This document shows positions 37,998 through 46,689 of a stretch of 64,000 nt of DNA, in pieces (the first letter of the stretch is position 1; each line of letters opens with the position of its first letter). The stretch is from an uncultured Clostridia bacterium. Its GTDB lineage: Bacteria; Bacillota; Clostridia; TANB77; CAG-508. The stretch is from assembly GCA_948524275.1 (NCBI GenBank), contig CAOSLI010000001.1, forward strand, positions 329,198 through 393,197, given 5' to 3'. The notes below the pieces were generated by a model. That model was given only the letters and a program-made list of their open reading frames with translations, had not been told where the DNA came from and made no database searches. The position numbers and the translations under genes were made by a program.

Positions 37998-39530
37998 ATG
38001 CAAAAGGAATGTAAGGCTATGATTAAAACTAAAAGCATAAGAAATATAAATTCTAAATATATATTTTTTTCAATCATTATTTTAGGTGCAATATTTAGCA
38101 TACTACAATGTTTTCATATAAATCTTTGGTTTGACGAAAGTTATTCTATAGCAATTGCAAATCATCCTTTTAATGAATTATGGACAATTGGTAGTCATGA
38201 TGTACACCCAGTACTTTATTACATAATCATAAAACTTATTTTAACGATAACAAATGGAAGTATAATTTGTGTAAGAATATTTTCAGCTGTTCCACTAATT
38301 ATAATGGGAATATTAGGATATACACATATTAGAAAAGACTTTGGAGAAAAAGCTGGAATGTTATTTACTCTTTTTTCGCTATTTTTTCCACCATGCATAG
38401 TTTATGCATCAGAAATAAGAATGTACACTTGGGCAATGTTATTTGCTACAATAATGGTTATATATGCTTATAGAATATTTAAAGGTAGTGGAAAAATAAA
38501 TAAAGATTGGATAATCTTTTCTATATTTAGTTTAGCTTGTGCATATACACATTATTATGCATTAGCAATTGCATTTGTTATAAATATAGCACTATTTATA
38601 TACTTCTTAAGAAAATCTATAAAAAATAGAAGCAAAAACGGAGGTTTTTACGTCGAAAATTTAAAAAGAGGTATTATATCAGCTGTTCTTCAAATTATAG
38701 GTTATATGCCTTGGCTTGTAGTTCTTATGGGGCAAGTATCCTCAACTGATAGCTTTTGGATTGGGGTGCCAGATTTTTTAGACATATTAGAATTTCAGTT
38801 TACAGGAAATCTTGGAGATTTATTACATATACCAGCATTTTTATCATGGCCATTTACAATAATATTTGTAATATATATAATCTATATGTTAAAAAAATAT
38901 TGGAAAAAAGAAGAGATTAAACCTGCTAAAATGTTATTATCATTATATGGAGCAGTAGTTGTTTTTATTGGAATAATATCAATTGTTAAGCTACCAATAC
39001 TATTTGCAAGATATTTTTTAACAATGACAGGAATGCTAATTTTAATGATTGTTATATTATTATCTGTTGATACAAATATAAGAAGAGTAATTGCAATATG
39101 TACTTTAACTGTAATAATGTCATTAGTTGCTAATATAAATGTAATTAATGATAATTATGACCAGAGTAATAGCAAGCCAATGGAATTTTTGACATCTGAC
39201 CTTCAAGAGGAAGATATATTTGTTACAGATAATGTAGGTAGTGGATTTGTACTAGTTACAGAGAAACAAATTCCGTATGATAGAGTTTACTTTTGGGACA
39301 GAAGTCATTGGAATGTACAAGAAGCATACAAAGCATATGGAAAAACAATTTGGGATATAAATGACTTAAAAGATTATAAAGGCAGGATATGGGTTATTGG
39401 TTCAGGTAATTTTGGCTTAGCTGAAGCAGTTAATACTGAATTAGAAGATACGACAATTTTAAAGCAAGAGTATTTTAAGACTAAATATAAGTCATATGAA
39501 TATGCTATGACACTAATTGAGAAGAATTAG
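37998..39530 (+). CDS. GT-C fold membrane glycosyltransferase (family 39/83, PMT/ArnT-like)
   Basis: About 12 predicted TM helices; first periplasmic loop carries WFDESYS (the DE motif of PMT/ArnT-type GT-C enzymes). Confidence 0.6.
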   Translation: MQKECKAMIKTKSIRNINSKYIFFSIIILGAIFSILQCFHINLWFDESYSIAIANHPFNELWTIGSHDVHPVLYYIIIKLILTITNGSIICVRIFSAVPLIIMGILGYTHIRKDFGEKAGMLFTLFSLFFPPCIVYASEIRMYTWAMLFATIMVIYAYRIFKGSGKINKDWIIFSIFSLACAYTHYYALAIAFVINIALFIYFLRKSIKNRSKNGGFYVENLKRGIISAVLQIIGYMPWLVVLMGQVSSTDSFWIGVPDFLDILEFQFTGNLGDLLHIPAFLSWPFTIIFVIYIIYMLKKYWKKEEIKPAKMLLSLYGAVVVFIGIISIVKLPILFARYFLTMTGMLILMIVILLSVDTNIRRVIAICTLTVIMSLVANINVINDNYDQSNSKPMEFLTSDLQEEDIFVTDNVGSGFVLVTEKQIPYDRVYFWDRSHWNVQEAYKAYGKTIWDINDLKDYKGRIWVIGSGNFGLAEAVNTELEDTTILKQEYFKTKYKSYEYAMTLIEKN

Positions 39531-39533
39531 GAG

Positions 39534-40415
39534 ATGAACATGATAATAGATAACATGATTTTAAATAAAGAAAATCAGATAAAAGATATGAAGGTTTATG
39601 CTTTTGTTGGACCTTCAGGAACAGGAAAGAGTTATAGAGCTCAGATGGTTGCTGGAGAATACAATATACAGTATATAATTGATGATGGAATATTAGTTAA
39701 AGATAATGAAATAGTTGCAGGAAGTTCTGCAAAAAAGGCACCGACTAAAATTGAAACTGTTAAAAGAGCTTTATTTATAAATGAAGAACAAAATAGAGAA
39801 ATGACTAAAGCAATTAGAAAATATAAGCCAGAGTCAATACTTATCTTAGGAACATCAGATAATATGGTAAATGAAATCGCTAAGAATTTAAAATTACCAG
39901 ACATAATAAAGATAGTATATATAACAGACGTTGCAACAGATGAAGAAATTGAAAATGCGAAAAGGATGAGAACTGTTGAGGGAAAACATGTTATACCAGT
40001 TCCAACCTTTGAGATAAAGAAGGATTTTTCAGGCTATCTTTTAGACCCACTTCAAATATTTAAAACAAAAGGACAGGGGAATAAGCCATATATTTCAGAA
40101 AAATCAATTATAAGACCAACTTTTAGCTATATTGGCAATTTTACAATATCCGATACTGTATTTAGACAAATCATAGAGTATTTAGCATCTAAGAACGACT
40201 CAATAACAGAAGTATTAAGAGTTAGGATAACAAAAGGAGAAGATGCTCCATTAATATACGTTGAAGTTGAGATTACTTATGGAATAAATATAATGTCAGA
40301 GCTTAAAGATTTTAAGGAAAAATGCATTAAAGAAATAGAAAGACTCACAGCAATGAATGTTAAAAATATTAGAATTATTGCTAAGAAAATTAAATTACCT
40401 AATATTAGTTTATAG
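39534..40415 (+). CDS. Fusion protein: HprK-like P-loop NTPase domain + Asp23/Gls24-family domain
   Basis: AFVGPSGTGKSYRAQMVAGEYNIQYIIDDGILV (Walker A then hydrophobic-DD, as in HprK/P C-domain). C-terminal about 110 aa TVFRQIIEYLASKNDSITEV...EVEITYGINIMSELKDFKEKCIKEIERLTAM resembles Asp23/DUF322. Confidence 0.4.
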   Translation: MNMIIDNMILNKENQIKDMKVYAFVGPSGTGKSYRAQMVAGEYNIQYIIDDGILVKDNEIVAGSSAKKAPTKIETVKRALFINEEQNREMTKAIRKYKPESILILGTSDNMVNEIAKNLKLPDIIKIVYITDVATDEEIENAKRMRTVEGKHVIPVPTFEIKKDFSGYLLDPLQIFKTKGQGNKPYISEKSIIRPTFSYIGNFTISDTVFRQIIEYLASKNDSITEVLRVRITKGEDAPLIYVEVEITYGINIMSELKDFKEKCIKEIERLTAMNVKNIRIIAKKIKLPNISL

Positions 40416-40478
40416 TTTGCGAGACAAGATTTTTCTGAATGCAGAATCCTGGATGCATATAGAACGGAGGAATAGAAC

Positions 40479-41792
40479 ATGTCATTTATTGTAGCAATAG
40501 ATGGACCAGCAGGAACTGGCAAAGGAACTGTTACATCAAATTTAGCAAAACGATTAAATTTAGTATATTTAGATACAGGTGCAATGTATAGAGCAGTCAC
40601 ATTAAAATTTATAAGGGAGAGTATAGAATTAGATAACCTAGAAGATTTATCACCAGAACAAAAGGAGAGAGTAACCAATTTACTAAAAAATATAAAGTTA
40701 GACATGAAAGATAAAAAGATATATTTAGACGGAGAAGATGTAAGCGAAGAAATAAGGCGTGATCCAGTAAACTCTTATGTTTCTCAAGTATCTCACATTG
40801 AAGAAGTTAGAAAATCTATGGTAGATTTACAAAGAAAGATATCAGAAGGAAAAAATGTAATCCTTGAGGGAAGGGATATTGGCACTAATGTATTTCCTAA
40901 TGCAAATGTAAAAATCTATTTAGATGCTTCTGTTGATGAAAGAGTTAAGAGAAGGCTAAAACAAAATGCAGAAAAGGGAATTAAATCGTCTGAAGAAGAA
41001 GTTAGAAAAAATATAGTATTTAGAGACAACAATGATAAAAATGCGAGCATAGCTCCATTAAGACAAGCAGAAGATGCAATATATGTTGATACATCAGACT
41101 TAAGCATAAATGAAGTTCAAAATAAACTTTATAAAATAGTTAAAAATGCAAAGAGGGATAGCAAGTGGATTGAAAAGGGATACATAATGACAAAAGAAAC
41201 TACTTGGAAGAAATTTGAGAGATGGTTTGTAAAAGGTGTTTTGGCTAGTACATATCACATTTGTTTAAGAGTTGAAAAGAAAGGAATGGATAATTTACCT
41301 AAAGATGAGGGATTTATAATTTGTGCTAATCATTTAAATTACTTAGATGCAGCAGGTATTGTTTTATTAAATAAAAGAAAAGTTAGATTTGTTGGAAAAG
41401 ACAATTTATATAGATTTCCTATACTATCTTGGCTTGGACACATGTTTGATATTATACCTATAAAAAGAGGTAAAAATGACATGGCATCAATTAAGATGTG
41501 TTTAAAAGCTCTTAAAAATAATGAGATTATAGGTATTTTCCCAGAGGGTACTAGAAAGGGATTAGAAAAGCAAGAAAAGATAAAGAATGGAGCAGTATTC
41601 TTAGCAGCAAAGGCAAATGCAAAAATTGTACCAGTTGGAATTAAGGGGAACTTTAAACTTTTTTCAAAAGTTAGATTTAACTATGGAAAACCAATTGATA
41701 TAAATAGTTATAAAAATAATGATGATCCAGATTGGCTAGATAAAGCAAGCGATGCTATAATGGATGAAATTGTAAGATTAACAGAAGAATAA
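40479..41792 (+). CDS. cmk: In-frame fusion of cytidylate kinase (Cmk) and 1-acyl-sn-glycerol-3-phosphate acyltransferase (PlsC)
   Basis: Residues 1 to about 222 are Cmk (IAIDGPAGTGKGT, LDTGAMYRAV, EGRDIGTNVFP). Residues 237-437 are a LPLAT acyltransferase (CANHLNYLD = HX4D, FPEGTRK). One continuous 437-codon ORF, with the internal Met 237 codon at 41187. Confidence 0.75.
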   Translation: MSFIVAIDGPAGTGKGTVTSNLAKRLNLVYLDTGAMYRAVTLKFIRESIELDNLEDLSPEQKERVTNLLKNIKLDMKDKKIYLDGEDVSEEIRRDPVNSYVSQVSHIEEVRKSMVDLQRKISEGKNVILEGRDIGTNVFPNANVKIYLDASVDERVKRRLKQNAEKGIKSSEEEVRKNIVFRDNNDKNASIAPLRQAEDAIYVDTSDLSINEVQNKLYKIVKNAKRDSKWIEKGYIMTKETTWKKFERWFVKGVLASTYHICLRVEKKGMDNLPKDEGFIICANHLNYLDAAGIVLLNKRKVRFVGKDNLYRFPILSWLGHMFDIIPIKRGKNDMASIKMCLKALKNNEIIGIFPEGTRKGLEKQEKIKNGAVFLAAKANAKIVPVGIKGNFKLFSKVRFNYGKPIDINSYKNNDDPDWLDKASDAIMDEIVRLTEE

Positions 41793-41922
41793 GAAAAATT
41801 ATGTTGACAAAATACATATAAATAATGTATAATATAAAAGTTAATTACTGGTATGGAAATTTATAGAAAGATAATATTATAAATTCTATTACCAAATAAC
41901 TAATTAAAAGGAATGATAGACA

Positions 41923-42792
41923 ATGAGTGAAGAAAATGTATCTTTTGAACAATTATTAAATGATTCAATGAAAGAAAGTAAAAAATTAGAAAAGATTACT
42001 GAAGGAACAGTAATAAATGTAAATGATAAAGGGGAAGTATTTGTTGACCTTAATTATAAGGCTGATGGAATAATACCTAAGTCAGAATATTCTTTTGATG
42101 TAAATGCAGACCCAAAGAAAGAGTTAAAAGCCGGAGACAAGATAACAGTCCAAGTTCTTAAACTTAACGATGGTGAAGGAAATGTACTTTTATCATATAA
42201 GAAGATAAGAAATGCTGAAAATAAAAAGAAACAAGAAGAAAATATGACGAAATTTTGGGAAAAAGCAGAAGTAGGAAATAAATATGAAGGTACTGTTTCA
42301 AGCATATGTTCATATGGGGCATTTATTGATATTGATGGTGTGCAAGGTCTTTTACATATCTCAGAGATTTCTTGGAATAGAGATGCGAAAGTAGGAGATA
42401 TTTTAAAAGAAGGTCAAAAAATCAATATTACAATTAAGGAACTTGATAAAGAAAATAAGAGGATGAAACTTTCATATGATGAAAAAGGAGAAGATCCTTG
42501 GAATACCTTAGAGGTTAAAGTAGGAGATATTGTGAAAGTTACTATAAAGAAAATGATGCCTTTTGGAGCATTTGCTGAGATCAAAGAAGGTATAGAAGGT
42601 TTAATACATATATCTCAAATTTCAACTGCAAGAATTACGAAACCAGAAGATGTTTTGTCTGTCGGAGAAGAAGTAAATGCTAAAATTATAGATATGGATA
42701 TAGAAAACAAAAAAATAGAATTATCAATTAGAGAATTAGAAGGAACTTCTGACGAATATAGTAGTCAAGATAATGATAAGATTGAACAATAA
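41923..42792 (+). CDS. S1 RNA-binding domain protein (short ribosomal protein S1 homologue, 3 S1 repeats)
   Basis: 289 aa; repeated G..V.G.V....FGAF(I/A).I..G(V/I).GL.HISE(I/Q)S S1 motifs. Confidence 0.7.
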   Translation: MSEENVSFEQLLNDSMKESKKLEKITEGTVINVNDKGEVFVDLNYKADGIIPKSEYSFDVNADPKKELKAGDKITVQVLKLNDGEGNVLLSYKKIRNAENKKKQEENMTKFWEKAEVGNKYEGTVSSICSYGAFIDIDGVQGLLHISEISWNRDAKVGDILKEGQKINITIKELDKENKRMKLSYDEKGEDPWNTLEVKVGDIVKVTIKKMMPFGAFAEIKEGIEGLIHISQISTARITKPEDVLSVGEEVNAKIIDMDIENKKIELSIRELEGTSDEYSSQDNDKIEQ

Positions 42793-42862
42793 TTTTATAA
42801 TATACAATATAGAGCTTTCTACCAAATAGAAAGCTCAAATCTAGTAGGGAAGGAAATATAAA

Positions 42863-44689
42863 ATGAACAACCAAAACATAAGAAATATAGCGATAATTGC
42901 GCACGTTGACCATGGAAAGACAACATTAGTTGATGCTCTTTTACATCAAAGTCACGTATTTAGAGAAAATGAACAAGTAGCAGAAAGAGTTATGGACTCT
43001 AATGACCTAGAAAGAGAAAGAGGAATAACAATACTTTCTAAAAATACATCAGTTATGTACAATGATGTAAAAATTAATATAGTAGATACTCCAGGACATG
43101 CTGATTTCGAAGGAGAAGTTGAAAGAGTATTAAAAACTGTTGATGGTGTTTTACTTGTTGTAGATGCGTTTGACGGACCAATGCCACAAACAAGAGAAGT
43201 TTTAAAAAAGGCCTTAGCGCTAGACTTACAACCAATAGTTGTAATAAATAAAATAGATAGACCAGGAGCAGCTCCACTTAAAGCAGTTGATAAGGTATTA
43301 GAATTATTCATAGACTTAGGGGCAAATGATGAACAACTTGATTTTCCAGTTATATATGCATCAGCCAAAAATGGTATTGCCAAAATGACTCTTGAAGAAG
43401 AAAGTGATAACATTACATGTATATTTGATACAATTATAAAGGAAATTGATCCACCAAAATGTGAAATAGATGGTACAATGCAACTTTTAGTATCTAATAT
43501 AAATTATGATGATTATTTAGGAAGAATTGCAGTTGGCAGAGTTGAAAGAGGAACAATAAAAGCTGGACAATCTGTAAGTATTTGTAAAGAAAATGGAAAG
43601 GTTATCCAAGGCAAACTTGCTAAATTATTTACTTATGAAGGTTTAAAAAGAGTTGAAGCAGAAGAAATTAAGGCAGGAGATATAGTTGCTGTATCAGGAA
43701 TACCTGATATCAATATTGGAGAGACAATATGTGATTTTGATCATCCAGAAAAGATAGAATTTGTTAATATTGATGAGCCAACAGTTTCTATGACATTTAG
43801 TGTAAATGATGGACCATTAGCAGGAAAAGAAGGTAAATTTGTTACATCAAGACATATTAGGGATAGACTATTTAAAGAACTTGAAAGAAATGTTTCACTA
43901 AGAGTAAAAGAAACAGACAAGGCTGAAAGTTTTGAAGTATGTGGACGTGGAGAACTTCATATATCTGTACTAATTGAAACAATGAGAAGAGAAGGTTTTG
44001 AACTTTTAGTATCTCGTCCAAAAGTTATATTTAAAGATATTGATGGTGTAAAATGTGAACCTATTGAAACACTTAGTGTTAATGTTCCAGATGATTCAGT
44101 TGGAAATGTTATTGAAAAACTTGGTAGAAGAAAAGCAGAAATGGTTAACATGGAACCAGCAGAACCAGGTCATACAAAAATAGAATTTACAATTCCAGCA
44201 AGAGGTTTAATTGGATATAGAACAGAATTCCTTACAGATACAAAAGGTGAAGGAAGAATGTCAAGCGTATTTAAAGATTATGAGCCATATAAAGGTGAAA
44301 TACAAGCAAGGACAAGGGGAGTATTAACGGCATTTGAACCAGGTACATCAATTACTTATGGATTATATAATGCACAATTAAGAGGAGAACTTTTAATTGG
44401 TGCAGGTGTAGAAGTATATGAGGGAATGATAGTTGGTATAAACTCAAGAAATGAAGATATATCAATAAATGTATGTAAAGAAAAACATTTAACAAATACT
44501 AGAGCCTCTGGTTCAGATGATGCACTTCGTTTAGTTCCACCACTTCAAATGTCATTAGAACAATCAATTGAATTTATAGCTGATGATGAACTTGTTGAAG
44601 TTACACCTACAAATATTAGATTAAGAAAGAAAATATTAGATACAAAAACAAGGGAAAGAGAAGCAAGAAGAGCACAATCTGCAGACTAG
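42863..44689 (+). CDS. typA: Translational GTPase TypA/BipA
   Basis: NIAIIAHVDHGKTTLVDALL, DTPGHADF, NKIDR; 608 aa with EF-G-like domain order. Confidence 0.9.
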   Translation: MNNQNIRNIAIIAHVDHGKTTLVDALLHQSHVFRENEQVAERVMDSNDLERERGITILSKNTSVMYNDVKINIVDTPGHADFEGEVERVLKTVDGVLLVVDAFDGPMPQTREVLKKALALDLQPIVVINKIDRPGAAPLKAVDKVLELFIDLGANDEQLDFPVIYASAKNGIAKMTLEEESDNITCIFDTIIKEIDPPKCEIDGTMQLLVSNINYDDYLGRIAVGRVERGTIKAGQSVSICKENGKVIQGKLAKLFTYEGLKRVEAEEIKAGDIVAVSGIPDINIGETICDFDHPEKIEFVNIDEPTVSMTFSVNDGPLAGKEGKFVTSRHIRDRLFKELERNVSLRVKETDKAESFEVCGRGELHISVLIETMRREGFELLVSRPKVIFKDIDGVKCEPIETLSVNVPDDSVGNVIEKLGRRKAEMVNMEPAEPGHTKIEFTIPARGLIGYRTEFLTDTKGEGRMSSVFKDYEPYKGEIQARTRGVLTAFEPGTSITYGLYNAQLRGELLIGAGVEVYEGMIVGINSRNEDISINVCKEKHLTNTRASGSDDALRLVPPLQMSLEQSIEFIADDELVEVTPTNIRLRKKILDTKTREREARRAQSAD

Positions 44690-44816
44690 TTTTTTATAGT
44701 CTATTATTACATCTGACAATTAGGTTAAAATTAAATGCATTATTTTGGAAAAAACTTGACAGTCAAAAAAAAAAATGTTATTCTATATATAGTTAATAAA
44801 TTTCAATGATGTAAAA

Positions 44817-44850
44817 AGACTAGGAAATGTCACTTCCTAGTCTTTCACCT
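44817..44850. terminator. Hairpin terminator shared by typA (+) and small peptide gene (-)
   Basis: A5-GACTAGGAA-loop-TTCCTAGTC; near-identical stem sequence to the terminator at 18533-18566. Confidence 0.65.
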
Positions 44851-44852
44851 TT

Positions 44853-44927
44853 TTACTCTTTATTTTTATTGTCATCTACAATTATGTATAATATGATAAG
44901 AGCAATCATTTGTATTATAAACTTCAA
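44853..44927 (-). CDS. 24-aa hydrophobic peptide (M)KFIIQMIALIILYIIVDDNKNKE, paralogue of the 18575..18643 ORF
   Basis: TTG start 8 nt after AGGAGG SD. The TM-like core ALII.Y.I is shared with the peptide at 18575..18643, with the same terminator-peptide-SD-stem-promoter layout. Confidence 0.45.
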   Translation of the reverse strand: MKFIIQMIALIILYIIVDDNKNKE

Positions 44928-44934
44928 TGATGTC

Positions 44935-44999
44935 ACCTCCTTTCTACCTTATAAAGTGAAAGGTTTTTATATAATATAACAAAAAATGACATATGTCAA
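44935..44999 (-). promoter_or_regulatory. Sigma-A-like promoter and SD-sequestering leader for second small peptide ORF
   Basis: Minus-strand TTGACA (44994-44999) - 17 nt - TATTAT (44971-44976); leader CCTTTCA...GGTAGAAAGGAGG with conserved GGTAGAAAGGAGG block identical to copy 1. Confidence 0.4.
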
Positions 45000-45038
45000 T
45001 ATTTGGATAAAATATATCATAAATAATGGAGAAAATAA

Positions 45039-45638
45039 ATGAATAAAATAGTAAACTCAAAAAAATTAGAAAAGATAAAAAGAAAAGCAATTGAAAATAG
45101 TGTACCAATAATAATGGATGACACATTAGAAGTGATGGAAGGATATATGAAGGATATTAAAGTAGATAAAATACTTGAGATAGGTACAGCTGTCGGATAT
45201 TCTGCACTTTGTTTTTCACAATTTTTAAATTATAACGGAAAGATTGACACTATTGAAAGAGATGAAGAAAGAATTAAAGAGGCTAAGGAAAACATTAAGA
45301 TATTGGACGAAACTTATACAATAAATATTTTGGAAGGAGATGCAACGCAAATTTTGCCAAAATTAAATGATAAATATGATATGATATTTATAGATGCTGC
45401 AAAAGGCAAATACCCATTTTTCTTAGAACAATCATTAAGATTATTATCCGATAAAGGAATAATTTTTGCAGATAATATCTTATTTAAAGGGTATGTTTTA
45501 AGCGATTATAACAAGCACAAACAAAGAACAGCAGTTAACCATTTAAGAGAATTTATCAAGTTATCAACAGAAAATCCAGAACTTGAAACTAAGATATTAG
45601 AAGTTGGAGATGGACTTGCAATTATAAAAAGAAAATGA
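45039..45638 (+). CDS. Class I SAM-dependent O-methyltransferase (family 3; TrmR/YrrM-like)
   Basis: ILEIGTAVGYSALCF (motif I), IFIDAAKGKY, 199 aa. Confidence 0.7.
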   Translation: MNKIVNSKKLEKIKRKAIENSVPIIMDDTLEVMEGYMKDIKVDKILEIGTAVGYSALCFSQFLNYNGKIDTIERDEERIKEAKENIKILDETYTINILEGDATQILPKLNDKYDMIFIDAAKGKYPFFLEQSLRLLSDKGIIFADNILFKGYVLSDYNKHKQRTAVNHLREFIKLSTENPELETKILEVGDGLAIIKRK

Positions 45639-45734
45639 TAAAATTGGATATGTAAAAAAGTAAACAAAGGAAGGAGAAAATGCATAGTAAAACTTATACA
45701 TTGATATTTAAGAAGTATTATGCAAACATAGAAA

Positions 45735-46589
45735 ATGAAAAGGAATAGAACAATTTTAACAATCATCACATTATTATTACTAATATTTATAGGGACTAAC
45801 AGTGTATATGCCACATCAAAAACTAAAGCAGAGATAAATGAAGAAAGGTCTAATAATTATCTAGAATCACTATCAGTAGAGGGATATGATATTACACCAG
45901 AATTTAATAAGTTTAACCAAACATATTATTTAACAATTCCATCGTCTGTTAAAGCTTTAAATGTTGTTGCTAAATGTGAAAGAGAAGAAGCTAAGTATAG
46001 AGTATCAGGAAATACTAATTTGGCAAATAATGAAAATACAATTAATGTAGTAGTAACTTCACAAAATAGACTAACAAGAACGTACAAAATTATGGTAACT
46101 AAAGAAATTGATAATGGACTTAAGTTAAATAGCCTGGATATTGAAGGGGTAAAATTGTTACACGAATTTACAGGCGACAATCATAACTATAAAGGAACTG
46201 CAACATTTAGCAAAGATGAGACTGAACTTAAAATCAATGCAGTGTCTAACATTCCAGAGGCAAGTATAGAAATATTAGGAAACAAAGTTGTACAGGGAAA
46301 TAATTTAATAACTATTATATTAAGAAATGGAAACAAGACTTCTGTATACCAGATAGACATAGACGTTACAGTAGAAAAAACAATAACTACTGAGATAAAA
46401 AATAATTCTTTTATAGAAAATGCAAAGAATAAGGTTGCTGAATTTATGAAAGATGAAAATAAATTAATGTCAGTACTTATAGCTGCAGCAGTTGTACTTT
46501 TACTATTAGTAATTATACTTATTACGAAAATTTCTAAAGGAAAAAGGGTAAATAAAAATAAGGAAAATCTTAAAAAAAGAGCAAAATAA
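45735..46589 (+). CDS. Surface protein with two cadherin-like beta-sandwich domains and C-terminal TM anchor
   Basis: Signal peptide; two repeats of L..L.VEG..L.P.F......Y...V.......V.A; C-terminal hydrophobic helix plus K-rich tail. Confidence 0.5.
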   Translation: MKRNRTILTIITLLLLIFIGTNSVYATSKTKAEINEERSNNYLESLSVEGYDITPEFNKFNQTYYLTIPSSVKALNVVAKCEREEAKYRVSGNTNLANNENTINVVVTSQNRLTRTYKIMVTKEIDNGLKLNSLDIEGVKLLHEFTGDNHNYKGTATFSKDETELKINAVSNIPEASIEILGNKVVQGNNLITIILRNGNKTSVYQIDIDVTVEKTITTEIKNNSFIENAKNKVAEFMKDENKLMSVLIAAAVVLLLLVIILITKISKGKRVNKNKENLKKRAK

Positions 46590-46597
46590 ATTTTTTA

Positions 46598-46662
46598 AAG
46601 CCAAGAAGGGACGGCCCTTTTTGGCCACAATTTCAACCATTGGGGACGGTCTTTCTTGGCCT
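46598..46662. repeat. GC-rich palindromic intergenic repeat, copy 2
   Basis: AAGCCAAGAAGGGACGGCCCTTTTTGGCCACAATTTCAACCATTGGGGACGGTCTTTCTTGGCC; outer arms GCCAAGAA/TTCTTGGC; contains TTTCAACCATTGGGGACGG like copy 1. Confidence 0.75.
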
Positions 46663-46689
46663 GAATTAATAAAATAGGAGGAGAAACAA

